Part shown: positions 38,901-48,694 of the stretch, piece after piece
How positions within the stretch are numbered: position 1 is the stretch's first letter
Layout of the letters: every line of letters starts with the position of its first letter
Source of the DNA: an uncultured bacterium
Lineage (GTDB): Bacteria; Verrucomicrobiota; Kiritimatiellia; CAIKKV01; CAITUY01
Length of the DNA stretch: 64,000 nucleotides
Direction: 5' to 3'
Assembly (NCBI GenBank): GCA_903908715.1
Contig: CAIVSY010000053.1
Span: 1,943-65,942, forward strand
The notes under the pieces: model-generated
Seen by the model: the letters and a program-made list of their open reading frames with translations, nothing else
Database searches by the model: none
Told to the model about the DNA's origin: nothing
Program-made: the position numbers and the translations under genes

Positions 38901-39976
38901 CCACTTACCATTCTCACGACTTCCCACCACGCACCGATCGCCTCCCGATACTTCGGGGGCCACAAGGCGGCCTTGATCAGATCCCGTTTGAAGGCCCTCC
39001 TGACCCGCCTCCATTCCGCCTCTTCCCCCTTCCCGTCCGTCGTCCGTAGTCCGTAGTCCGTAGTCCTATAAACACGCCCCAGCAACTCAATCCGCCGCCA
39101 CCGGTCCCGGCCATGCACATTCGCCGCCGGCCGGCGCATGAGGCTCACGTCCTCGAGCGACAGGCCTGAGAACCCCGCCGCGCGAAGGTTTTCCAGCGCG
39201 ATTTGGTCCGCGCAGGCCTGCTGCTCCTGATACCTGGCGAACGTGATGGCGTTGGCATGGTTGCGAATCAACACCAGCGGCTCGGCCAGATTCGCCGCCC
39301 GCCCCCGGCGCATCAACGCCGACCACAGTCCGTAGTCCTGGGCATAGCGCAGCGATTCATCATATTCCAACCGGTCCCTGGAGGGCGCCGCGTCCGCCCT
39401 GAGCAGCGTCGTAGGGCTGTCGGCGCCGCTCTTCGAACCATCGGCGGCAACGGCGTGCCGCCCTCCATCAATACCCTGCCGCCACATCACGCTGGAATGT
39501 CGGAACCCATTCTGCAGCAACAGGTTCCACCGCAGTGCTCGATCGCCCAGCAGCGGGATCACCGGTTGTGGGTCAACCCGCCCAGCCTCGTCAATCCATT
39601 GCCAGCCGCACCCGAGCAACACGACATCCGGATGTGCCTCAAGGAACTCCACCTGGCGGGCCAGCCGTTCGGGACGTGAGACATCGTCGTCATCCTGGCG
39701 GGCGATATAACGCCCCGTGCAACGGGCGAGGCCGATGTTCAGGGACTTGGTGAGCCCCACGTTGGCGGGGTTGGTGATCCGCCTGATCCGGGGATCTGAG
39801 TAGCTGTCAAGGATCGCCGCCGTCCGATCCGTTGACCCGTCATCCACGATGACGAACTCGAAATCCGTGAAGGTCTGGGCCAGGACCCCGTCCACGGCCT
39901 CGCGCAGGTACCGTTCGCCGTTGTAAACGGCCATGAGGACGCTGACGAGGGGGGGGGATGAGGGGGAGGGGTTCAT
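38885..39976 (-). CDS. GT2 glycosyltransferase with REP and heptamer inserts
   Basis: VSVLMAVYNGE, IVDDGSTD, IARQDDDD, AQDYGLW. Confidence 0.9.
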   Translation of the reverse strand: MNPSPSSPPLVSVLMAVYNGERYLREAVDGVLAQTFTDFEFVIVDDGSTDRTAAILDSYSDPRIRRITNPANVGLTKSLNIGLARCTGRYIARQDDDDVSRPERLARQVEFLEAHPDVVLLGCGWQWIDEAGRVDPQPVIPLLGDRALRWNLLLQNGFRHSSVMWRQGIDGGRHAVAADGSKSGADSPTTLLRADAAPSRDRLEYDESLRYAQDYGLWSALMRRGRAANLAEPLVLIRNHANAITFARYQEQQACADQIALENLRAAGFSGLSLEDVSLMRRPAANVHGRDRWRRIELLGRVYRTTDYGLRTTDGKGEEAEWRRVRRAFKRDLIKAALWPPKYREAIGAWWEVVRMVSGDVGL

Positions 39977-40087
39977 GGTTACATTGGGGCGGTTGGGGGC
40001 AAGTGGTGCCGATTGATCAGTTTACAGTCTACAGTCCCTTCTAGTCCGTTTGCACGCTGGTGCCCCTGCCCAGACATCGGAGAATCT

Positions 40088-40244
40088 GAACAGAAGGAAA
40101 CAAAGGAAACGAAGTTAGGAGTGATGGCTTCCGCCGAAGGCGGCAACAAAGGCCTCTTTGTTACCTTCGCTGCCTTCTGTTCGAACTCTTCGCATCTGGT
40201 CTTCAGTCTTCAGTCTACAGTCTAATGTCTAATGTCTACAGTCC
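40088..40244. mobile_element. Palindromic MITE-like element, copy 2, followed by a GTC heptamer array
   Basis: Same termini and internal organisation as the 21652 copy; followed by GTCTTCA GTCTTCA GTCTACA GTCTAAT GTCTAAT GTCTACA. Confidence 0.75.
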
Positions 40245-41553
40245 CTTTGCCTCCCCCCATCACCTTGCGATACACCGCCAGTTCCATCTCCACGATCCGG
40301 TCCAGGCTGTAGTGTTCGACCGCGAACTGGCGGGCGTTGCGGCCCAGGCGCTCACGGAGAGCGGGGTCCCCCATCATCCGCACGATCGCCGCCCGGAGGC
40401 TGACCGGGTCCGTACCGCACAGCAGCCCGGTCTCCTCATGCCGGATGACCTCCCGGATCCCGGGCACGTCCGTGCCGATCACAGGCATCCCGCAGGCCAT
40501 CGCCTCGATCAGGGTCTTGGGATGGCCTTCGTACAACGAGGGCAGGACGAAGAACGCATTCTGGCGCAGGATGCCCGCAATCTGCGAATGCGGAACGTTT
40601 CCCAGAAACTGGACATTCACCTGGTGCGCCTGTGCCAAAGTCGCCAATTCATTGTGTAGCGACCCCTCCCCGACCAGGACCAGACGCAGATTCAATCCCT
40701 CCGAGGCAGCAATGAGTGCTGCCAGGTTCTTTTGCTCAGCCAACCGCCCAACGAAACACCCGCTGGCGGCCACGGGCGCCCCCGCAGTGGCCACAGCTTC
40801 GGCAAAAGGCCCCGCGGATGTTCCTGTCGACGTCTTTGCGCCAATCCTGACTTGGCTCGAAGAATCATTACAACCGCTCATCGACAGGGACATATCCCCC
40901 CTGGAGGGCGGCACGCTGTTGCCGCCGTCCCCAAGCGCCGAGAAATCCACGTAATTCGGAATAACGGTAATCTTTTCGCCCTCTATGCCATAGTTCCGGA
41001 TCAGCACCTGCTTCGCATCTTCCGTTGTGACTACGCACTGGCTCGCACAGCGGAATGCCTTCGCCTCCATCCGCCTTGCCTCATTCGCCTCGCGGGAACA
41101 GGCCCCATAAGCCCGCTCCTCGAATTCAGACCACAAGTACCCGCAACGTGCCACCAGAGGTTTGCGCCACAGCCGAGCCGCACATACGGCAACATCTGAT
41201 CCCTTCATCTGGTTCGTCTTCAGAATATCCGCGTGTCGCAATACGCGCCAGTGGATGAAGCACGCCATTCTATAATAGAGATCCTCGGGCAAATTCCACG
41301 AATTGCAAACTATTCCTATGCCATGCATCCGAGCTGCGTACTTGAGTTCATTCCTGCCCCCATATGTCAGAAATACAACCTCAACGCCGCGCTTACGAAG
41401 CTCCCTGTATACCGCAATCTCTCTTTCCAGGATTCCTATTGTATCCCAAGCCGCCAAGGACATGCCCTTTGTAAAAATCACAATCACGTTGAGCCGGCTA
41501 TAATTTGTCGTAGCGCTTTGCTGCAATGCCAAGGTTGTTGATTGATTGATCAT
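40222..41553 (-). CDS. GT4 glycosyltransferase with in-frame insert
   Basis: VIPNYVD, FVGRLAEQKN, SLYEGHPKTLIEAMACG. Confidence 0.9.
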   Translation of the reverse strand: MINQSTTLALQQSATTNYSRLNVIVIFTKGMSLAAWDTIGILEREIAVYRELRKRGVEVVFLTYGGRNELKYAARMHGIGIVCNSWNLPEDLYYRMACFIHWRVLRHADILKTNQMKGSDVAVCAARLWRKPLVARCGYLWSEFEERAYGACSREANEARRMEAKAFRCASQCVVTTEDAKQVLIRNYGIEGEKITVIPNYVDFSALGDGGNSVPPSRGDMSLSMSGCNDSSSQVRIGAKTSTGTSAGPFAEAVATAGAPVAASGCFVGRLAEQKNLAALIAASEGLNLRLVLVGEGSLHNELATLAQAHQVNVQFLGNVPHSQIAGILRQNAFFVLPSLYEGHPKTLIEAMACGMPVIGTDVPGIREVIRHEETGLLCGTDPVSLRAAIVRMMGDPALRERLGRNARQFAVEHYSLDRIVEMELAVYRKVMGGGKGTVDIRH

Positions 41554-41713
41554 ATTTACATTATCGTGGGATAACGTCCCGCAAGACTAGCATGAGTATT
41601 ACGATGAGAATTATATAGCTGGCGCCAGTATCCCTCCCAGGCCTCGTTTACAGAGAAGCCTCCAGAAGCGGTAATTCGACATAAATGCAGGACAGCCGTG
41701 ATCAGGCAACCTA

Positions 41714-42607
41714 TTAATAGGGATCCAATTGTAGCTTTTCCTTGGCAAAACGGATCCACTTCTCAAGACTGCCTTCGTCCGCGTTTTTACTAAGCACCTT
41801 TTGCGATCCTCGACCTAAATGCATAAACAACACATTGTTCTCATCATCCAGCGCCCTATCAAAACCAAGCGAATCAAAATCAGTTCCCGCAAGTAGAGCA
41901 CCTTCCAGTTCCGGATTAGTATGTGTGTTTCGGCAAGCGATCACTTCATACCCGGCATTCCTAAAGGCAACTGTAATCTGATCGCCCACATCATACTTTG
42001 GCAGTTCCGGCATTACGGACACCCTCAATCGCCTAAATTCCTGGAAGTCGAACAGGCACCCCAGGATATGCACGACCCCTGCGGGGGTCCGAACTGCATC
42101 CATCCTCACCCCAACAGCCTTCGTTTTACCGTTCAACTTCGACATCAGATACGAGAGCCATTGCCCGTGACATAATATGGTGTCCATGTGCAGCGTCATA
42201 CAATACCTTGTGTCTGTTGGAAATTGCAGAAAGGCCGCCTCCAGCGCCACCCCGTTTGCATAACTGCCTGAACCAGGATCATCCCTGATAAGAAGATAAT
42301 TCACCTTGTTATCCTTCATCAGTTTCTCAATATAGACAGGATTGGAGTTGTTATCGACAACCCAGATTTCATAGGGGCGATCTGTATACTTTATAACAGA
42401 ACGGATACAGAGACGAACAAGGTCCACGGCGGCTTGGTTCGGCAGTATGGATACAATAACGATTCGCACAGAATCTGCTGAACGCTCAGCGCTGCGCACG
42501 ACTCTGCATGCGTAATTGGTGCCCGCCACTTTCACTGTGGCTCTTTTTCTGAGCCCCATTCGAACGCACGCCCTAAACATTTCCAATGATTTACGCAGTC
42601 TATGCAT
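41714..42607 (-). CDS. GT2-like glycosyltransferase
   Basis: YEIWVVDNNS, LHMDT, YDVGD; start uncertain. Confidence 0.65.
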   Translation of the reverse strand: MHRLRKSLEMFRACVRMGLRKRATVKVAGTNYACRVVRSAERSADSVRIVIVSILPNQAAVDLVRLCIRSVIKYTDRPYEIWVVDNNSNPVYIEKLMKDNKVNYLLIRDDPGSGSYANGVALEAAFLQFPTDTRYCMTLHMDTILCHGQWLSYLMSKLNGKTKAVGVRMDAVRTPAGVVHILGCLFDFQEFRRLRVSVMPELPKYDVGDQITVAFRNAGYEVIACRNTHTNPELEGALLAGTDFDSLGFDRALDDENNVLFMHLGRGSQKVLSKNADEGSLEKWIRFAKEKLQLDPY

Positions 42608-42623
42608 TTTAATGTTGTGGCAG

Positions 42624-43265
42624 TTACGCCTTGCGACCAACGACATATATAGAATCACACCAGTCCATGCGGAATACATTGCACACAACGCTAACCACAG
42701 GCTTTTCCCACCAACGCGGTCCAGGCCGCTTGTTTGAGCGTGCACATATTATAGGCTCAAGCCCTCCCAGCATCATTAGTGCACACAGGTTGAGGTAATT
42801 CCAAGGCGTTATGTGGGTGGGATGACTTTGCTGCCTCACTGGATGACTGGGATTAGGCACGCCAATCTCAAGCACCCCTCCGGGTTTAACATGCGCAGCC
42901 AGCTTGATGGCTATTGGGAGTGCTTCGTTAAAGGCCAAATGCTCAAATGCTTGATTTGACGCAACAACGTCATATTCCTTCACTATTGGAATTTCTTGAA
43001 CCGATGAATAAGTAAATATTTGCGAGGTGTCAGAATCGCAACTTTCATATCGCATATCGTCGATGCCTAGCATCCTCTTCAAGGGCATCTGGGCTCCACA
43101 ACCAAAATCCAACACTTTTCCTTCAGGACAACAACCGTGATAGTATCTGCAAAGCCATGGGTAAGCGCCGTCCGTGATCGGCAAATCAAGGATATTCCCG
43201 AATCGCCTTTGAGCACGAACGCAATAGTCAAAGAATTTCTCATAAGGTACTGTGTCAGCGTGCAT
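42624..43265 (-). CDS. Class I SAM-dependent methyltransferase
   Basis: VLDFGCG, YDVV..QAFEH, VKPGG. Confidence 0.82.
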   Translation of the reverse strand: MHADTVPYEKFFDYCVRAQRRFGNILDLPITDGAYPWLCRYYHGCCPEGKVLDFGCGAQMPLKRMLGIDDMRYESCDSDTSQIFTYSSVQEIPIVKEYDVVASNQAFEHLAFNEALPIAIKLAAHVKPGGVLEIGVPNPSHPVRQQSHPTHITPWNYLNLCALMMLGGLEPIICARSNKRPGPRWWEKPVVSVVCNVFRMDWCDSIYVVGRKA

Positions 43266-43292
43266 CTTGGCCTGCTTCCTTTTTCTAAGAAA

Positions 43293-44234
43293 TCACTTAA
43301 GCTGGCAACAGGCCAGATAAAGCTCTGTTATCCCTTCAATTCTGTTGATTTCGATACTGGCATGCAATTGCAGGTATTCACGCAGCACTTTCTCTATAGC
43401 GGAAGGAGCCTCCGCTGGCTCAACAAACCCAACACCCGCATTTTTGACGATCTCCGGATGACCTCCTGACTTTCGATAAACGGCCGGCAATCCACAAGCG
43501 AGTGCTTCAAGCAAAGCGTTTGAGCAAGGGTCGTTGATGCTAGCTGCAATATAGATGTCGTGCTGCCGCAGAATGCCGGCAAGTATCGGCGAGGCAACCG
43601 GTTCAGAGAGGCGAATCCAGTTAAATTCACAAGATGTACGCCCAACAAATCGAAACTCATAGCGGTCCTTGTCTAGATGAGCATCCAAATATTCAAGCGT
43701 GTCTGCACCTTTGTTGGGATTATCCGACCAAGCCGTTGAGATCAAACGGACTTTCCTGCAACCGTCTGGCGGAGCAATCCGCCCAGACTCGTGAAATATG
43801 GCGGAGTCTACTGCATTCGGTATAACGCAGGGGGAGCGAAACTCATACCCCATGCGGCGGTATTCTCCTAAGCTGAATTCAGACTGGAAGATTGAGGCGT
43901 CGGCCAGGTCCCGATTATACTCCCACACCTTGCGATCAGAACCATCGTCGTATCCGCGGTATGAGGCCTTCGGCCCGTCCACCCGATGCACCATCCGGAT
44001 GTTTGGATAGCGGCGCTTGACGTCGTAAAGATAGGCTGCATCGAAATTCATCGAGTTGAAAAGGCAAGCGCGCGTCCATCTGCCGACAATATTAGCGGAG
44101 CATCGAATCCCGCGCTGTTCCACCGTCCGCTTGAAGGCTAGCATGAACTGGTTTCCGCCGCCATAAGGTGGCGGGCGGAAATCATGCATGAGGGCAAGTG
44201 GCGGGCGAACCAGAGAATTGATAAAGTGCACCAT
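43293..44234 (-). CDS. GT4 glycosyltransferase
   Basis: YGGGNQF, IPNAVD, NKG, DPCSNALLEALACGLP. Confidence 0.88.
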   Translation of the reverse strand: MVHFINSLVRPPLALMHDFRPPPYGGGNQFMLAFKRTVEQRGIRCSANIVGRWTRACLFNSMNFDAAYLYDVKRRYPNIRMVHRVDGPKASYRGYDDGSDRKVWEYNRDLADASIFQSEFSLGEYRRMGYEFRSPCVIPNAVDSAIFHESGRIAPPDGCRKVRLISTAWSDNPNKGADTLEYLDAHLDKDRYEFRFVGRTSCEFNWIRLSEPVASPILAGILRQHDIYIAASINDPCSNALLEALACGLPAVYRKSGGHPEIVKNAGVGFVEPAEAPSAIEKVLREYLQLHASIEINRIEGITELYLACCQLK

Positions 44235-44323
44235 ACTACAATTCGCCTTGCATTGTAGGCCTCAGCTCAAAGATGGAGCTATGACGCTCAGATCTGGCGC
44301 GAAACATGCTGGCCTTAATATTT

Positions 44324-45094
44324 TCAGTCCCTGCAACCCTGTAGGAACACATGCAACCATGCGTCACCCCGTTTAACTTCGAGCAAACTCTTGAAATGTG
44401 TGAGCAACACAGAAAATACCGCTTCACTGGAATCCCATTCTGCAGCCTCAAAGGCCCCGCCATGGGCTTGCAACGCAACATCAAACATAGCGTATCCATT
44501 CTTCTTCATAACCCTTGCGTGCTCTTTGAAAAAGGTATCCAGATTGAATGCATGGTCCAGGCAATTGGAGTAAACCAGGTCAAAAGTATTGTTGGCGTAG
44601 CTCATCTTCATGAAATCACCGGTTACCACGTATGGATTGTTAGGGCCAGGGTTTATGTCAATACCCTGCGCACGGGAATAGCCCATATCCCTGAGCACCT
44701 CCACTTCCGTCCCCTGCCTCGCGCCGGTGCAAAGGATAGTACAATCATACCTGAGCAGTCGGGGAACTTCTCGAAAGCGCTCGCGAAAACGTTGACGTTG
44801 ACTCAACAGATAGTCAGAGGCAAAACCACCCTTGATTCGCAACAGCTCGTTCAACTTCTGAGCCTGGTGCACGAGATACTCCTCATAATCCGAGTATCGG
44901 CGGTATCGGACTGTTGCGCCCATTCCGTGATCCCATCCCTCCGTCGCATTGTGCTTTTCCCGGACAGGATGTTTGTCTCGCGTATGGTCGTACGCCTGAT
45001 CAAGCCGTTGATGCCATTCGCGATAATGACCATATCCACTGCGAGATAGCCGAAGCGCGATATTCTTCATGTGGTACTTCCACAGTATTCTCAT
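44324..45094 (-). CDS. Class I SAM-dependent methyltransferase
   Basis: ILCTGARQGTE, GIDI, FDLVYSNCLDHA. Confidence 0.78.
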   Translation of the reverse strand: MRILWKYHMKNIALRLSRSGYGHYREWHQRLDQAYDHTRDKHPVREKHNATEGWDHGMGATVRYRRYSDYEEYLVHQAQKLNELLRIKGGFASDYLLSQRQRFRERFREVPRLLRYDCTILCTGARQGTEVEVLRDMGYSRAQGIDINPGPNNPYVVTGDFMKMSYANNTFDLVYSNCLDHAFNLDTFFKEHARVMKKNGYAMFDVALQAHGGAFEAAEWDSSEAVFSVLLTHFKSLLEVKRGDAWLHVFLQGCRD

Positions 45095-45157
45095 ACTCCA
45101 CCCAATTCTATTTTGACATTAATGGCACATGATCGCGTTATTCAAAGACAATCGGCT

Positions 45158-46231
45158 CTATTTCGACAATTTTAACATCGCCCTGTAAACGCACTCATAG
45201 TGTTGGCGCCCGATGTTCTGATACGCAAAATCCCGTACTGTAGAAACGGCTTGGGAACAAATGTTTTGTCTTAGGGCCGGATCCTGGAGCAATTGCCTGA
45301 TTCGGCACTCCAGCTCGGCAGCACCATCAATCGCGCAAACAAACCCATTTTCCCCGTTCTGAATCAGGTCCGCCGCCATCCCAACCCTCGTAGAAACCAG
45401 AGGCACTTCCGATGCCATGCTTTCCAGAACTGCCTTTGGGCCACCCTCCTCCCTTGAGGTAATAAGGTAAAGATCAAGGGCATGATAATAGGGCGCTACC
45501 TCCTCCGGAGTGTTCAAGTGGACATGCCGATAAGGGACACCCAACTGCGCCAACCCCCGTTTAACGAACCCCCGCGCCGGACCGGTCAATAACACAGTAA
45601 TCGACAGTTCCCTGCTGATACGCTCCACCACGTCCAGGAAGACGTCAGGCCCTTTGATCAACTTCGGCTCCAACCCTTCCTCCCACCCCACTCCATCCTT
45701 CTGGAATGAGCCGATGACGAAACGATCCTCCGGAATCCCTAGCCGGGCCCGCATGGCTCCGCGCTCGCCGGCCCGCGGCGGCCGGAAAATAGACAAGTCC
45801 ACGCCAATCGGTATCTGGACAATCTTTTCTTCAGGCACCCCCCACTCCAGCAGTCGATTGCGCATAATGCTGCAGGATACGATGACCTTGTCAATTCGAT
45901 GAATTTCCCGAAGGAATATTTCTATTGTGCGAGTGAACCCGGGATCAGACCGGTCGCCATGATAGAACGTGACGACGACGCGGTTCGAACGATGGACGGC
46001 CTCGTAGCCGCCATTGACAAAAAGATAGAGATATCCGAAATGAACGATCTGCCGCCGTAAATTCCCGGCGTGAGTCACCACAGTAGGCCGCAACGGCGAA
46101 CAGGTTGCGACGGCACGACAGATATTACGGGCCTCGGCATCGACTACCCATCCGCTGGGTTCGGTCACATAATAGAGATCGCTCCGCAACAATCCTCGAA
46201 CCCAAGCGATTCCTGCCCGCAAATAATCCAT
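45158..46231 (-). CDS. GT4 glycosyltransferase
   Basis: IPIGVD, IKGPD, SREEGGPKAVLESMAS. Confidence 0.9.
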   Translation of the reverse strand: MDYLRAGIAWVRGLLRSDLYYVTEPSGWVVDAEARNICRAVATCSPLRPTVVTHAGNLRRQIVHFGYLYLFVNGGYEAVHRSNRVVVTFYHGDRSDPGFTRTIEIFLREIHRIDKVIVSCSIMRNRLLEWGVPEEKIVQIPIGVDLSIFRPPRAGERGAMRARLGIPEDRFVIGSFQKDGVGWEEGLEPKLIKGPDVFLDVVERISRELSITVLLTGPARGFVKRGLAQLGVPYRHVHLNTPEEVAPYYHALDLYLITSREEGGPKAVLESMASEVPLVSTRVGMAADLIQNGENGFVCAIDGAAELECRIRQLLQDPALRQNICSQAVSTVRDFAYQNIGRQHYECVYRAMLKLSK

Positions 46232-46287
46232 TCGCAACCTGCGCCCTATTGGGAATTATTTTCGCCCGAATGCACACCAGAAGCATC

Positions 46288-47253
46288 TCATAAAATTTCT
46301 CTCACGACAGTCCTGTTAACTGAACCTTTCAGCAGGTTTCCGGCGCCATCCAAAGGTAGCTTGTAACCTATAGGCTGGACACTGGCTTCAAAATCCATAG
46401 GGTACGGCTCGAGGTTGCGCCGCTTGACCATATCCTCGTGCACTATCTTGTAATAGTAAGTGCCATCTGCTGGAGACATGTATGCCCCATACCGCTTTCC
46501 CCCGCGGACCTTCGCCTTGCAGCCTATGTCATCATCCACGATGTCGGCAGCCACAGGCACTATGGAATGCAGGCGTTTCAGAGAGCACAACCCAGAACCC
46601 CTGAACCGCGCCAACATTTCATCCTCCCCGCCTCCTGAATCGATGACACCATCCCCGCCACCGCTTTTCCACGGCCCCAGTTGTCGCCACACCTCGGTAC
46701 GCGTCAGTGAAGGTATGCCGGAGCCAATGATCCCTTCCCTTGTGTTCTCATAGGATATACAGCTCCAGCCGTTTGAAGATGTGACAATGGGCCAATCGGA
46801 AGTGCGGTGAAAAATCCATGACAACTGCCCTAGCCAAGTTGGTTTCGCCACCGGCCCCCACACACGCTGGATCGTCTGCCGCCTGACATAATTCAGCGCA
46901 AGGCTTCCATATTCGCGATGCTTCATTAGGGTCTCGGCATATCCCGCCAGCCACTCTCCCTCGACGGTGAATTGAATGTCATCCGGCCAAAGCAACAACA
47001 GGTCCCCTCGTGCCAACTGGACGGCACGGTTCATGGCTTCGGCATGAGAGCAATCTTCAATCACAAGTTGATCAAGCCATGACAACGACTCCAAGTAGGA
47101 ACGCAATCCTGCCTCGCGCGAACCTCCATCGAGGACAATCCACTGCAAGGACGGATAATGGATGCAGCGCCGCATCGACTCTAACGTCGCCCTCAAATAC
47201 TTCAGACGGTTGAAGCTGATAACTGCAACACTCACTAGGGGGGCTTTCATCAT
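46288..47253 (-). CDS. GT2 glycosyltransferase
   Basis: PLVSVAVISFNR, IVLDGGS, WPDD, GGED. Confidence 0.8.
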   Translation of the reverse strand: MMKAPLVSVAVISFNRLKYLRATLESMRRCIHYPSLQWIVLDGGSREAGLRSYLESLSWLDQLVIEDCSHAEAMNRAVQLARGDLLLLWPDDIQFTVEGEWLAGYAETLMKHREYGSLALNYVRRQTIQRVWGPVAKPTWLGQLSWIFHRTSDWPIVTSSNGWSCISYENTREGIIGSGIPSLTRTEVWRQLGPWKSGGGDGVIDSGGGEDEMLARFRGSGLCSLKRLHSIVPVAADIVDDDIGCKAKVRGGKRYGAYMSPADGTYYYKIVHEDMVKRRNLEPYPMDFEASVQPIGYKLPLDGAGNLLKGSVNRTVVREIL

Positions 47254-47999
47254 CACCTCCACACACGCTGATCCGTCAACTTGTTTGGTCGCATCGCTAC
47301 CACTTGCCACCCGGAGGCAAACGAAGCGAAAAACTCGTCGCCTTTCTCATTGCAGCGGTCTGCCTTACGAATCGCCCACCATTCAAAAGCAGGCAGGCCC
47401 GCCCCCAAAATGCGCGCAAGCCAGCCACTACCCCTCATTGTCACGGCATACTGGCGGCAAAAATCCACCACTACCGCATGAAACCCACCCTGAGGGCTCA
47501 TGTTCAAACTGGAGAACCCCGCGCGTTTAAGATTCAATTCCCAATAGTCGCCCGTATACCGTCCATAGTCTTCTGGATCTCCGTGCACCCGGTACATGAA
47601 GGGGCACGTGATCAGAACCTGACCGCCAGGAACCAGCACCCTATAGATTTCAACCAGGACCGGCCGCGGATCAGGAACGTGCTCAAGCACCTCGGAACAG
47701 ACCACCACATCGAACGTACTGCCCTTGAGGGGAATAGCCGCGGCATCCGCGCAGACGTCCGGACGCTTGGCCGTGGAGAGGTTCAGATATGTGACCTGCA
47801 CTGGATAGCGGCCGATGTCGAACCGACCCCTCTTGTTCGTGCGGGTTCCTCCCAAGTCGAGGACGCGGAGACCCGGGCGCCACGTCTCCGCCTGGCTGGC
47901 CAGGAAATCGTCGACAAACCTCCGGCGCAGGCTGTAGCGCAAGTCAAACCGGTATGCCTTTTCTCTCACCCATCCCCCTCCAATGAACCTAATTTCCAA
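47253..47999 (-). CDS. Class I SAM-dependent methyltransferase
   Basis: VLDLGG, FDVVVCSEVLEH, RVLVPGG, DYGRYT. Confidence 0.88.
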   Translation of the reverse strand: MEIRFIGGGWVREKAYRFDLRYSLRRRFVDDFLASQAETWRPGLRVLDLGGTRTNKRGRFDIGRYPVQVTYLNLSTAKRPDVCADAAAIPLKGSTFDVVVCSEVLEHVPDPRPVLVEIYRVLVPGGQVLITCPFMYRVHGDPEDYGRYTGDYWELNLKRAGFSSLNMSPQGGFHAVVVDFCRQYAVTMRGSGWLARILGAGLPAFEWWAIRKADRCNEKGDEFFASFASGWQVVAMRPNKLTDQRVWR

Positions 48000-48009
48000 T
48001 GCTCCCGCT

Positions 48010-48690
48010 TCAGCCCCCCACCCGCCAGATCACCCTGATGATGGCATTCCCCTCGGCATTACGCTCCGACCTTGGCGGCTGCTCCTCCGCCCATAACACA
48101 TCCACCTGCGACAACCCCAGCCGCACCCTGAGCCCCTCCTTGTCGCCGAAATCCACCAGATCCACCCCCCCCACCGCATAGCACACCGGAACTTCAACGG
48201 CAAGCACGCCGCCAGGCTTCAACACCCTCATGATCTCCCGACCGACCTTCTCTGGGTCCAGTGCATGCTCAAGGGAGTGGCAGGCATAAACAATGTCAAA
48301 GACATGATCGCCGAAGGTCATTGCATGCATGTCCATAATTTTGATGTCGGGTCGCACGCTGATGACATCGATCCCGACAACTTTGCATGCTCCATGATGC
48401 GTTATATAATCTATTTCTTTTGAGTTGCGGCAACCGATGCACAAAACAGCAGGCGCACTTTCCAGCAACTTCATCGTGGCTAACTGATCCACCAGCAATC
48501 GCGTACGAAGCTTTAAGTCACCATGCATGGCTCGATAACGCGTCCTCTGGAACTGGGTCTCCAGATATCGGCGCTGTTTGCCATCAACTTTCCTTGCCAA
48601 TTTGGCAAATCTTATCTTGTATCTCGTTAGGTTTACTCTTTCAAATAGCCAGTCATAAGTATTCCTGATCGCTTGCTGGATATCTTTCAT
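48010..48690 (-). CDS. Class I SAM-dependent methyltransferase
   Basis: VLCIGCR, FDIVYACHSLEH, RVLKPGG. Confidence 0.85.
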   Translation of the reverse strand: MKDIQQAIRNTYDWLFERVNLTRYKIRFAKLARKVDGKQRRYLETQFQRTRYRAMHGDLKLRTRLLVDQLATMKLLESAPAVLCIGCRNSKEIDYITHHGACKVVGIDVISVRPDIKIMDMHAMTFGDHVFDIVYACHSLEHALDPEKVGREIMRVLKPGGVLAVEVPVCYAVGGVDLVDFGDKEGLRVRLGLSQVDVLWAEEQPPRSERNAEGNAIIRVIWRVGG

Positions 48691-48694
48691 TTGT

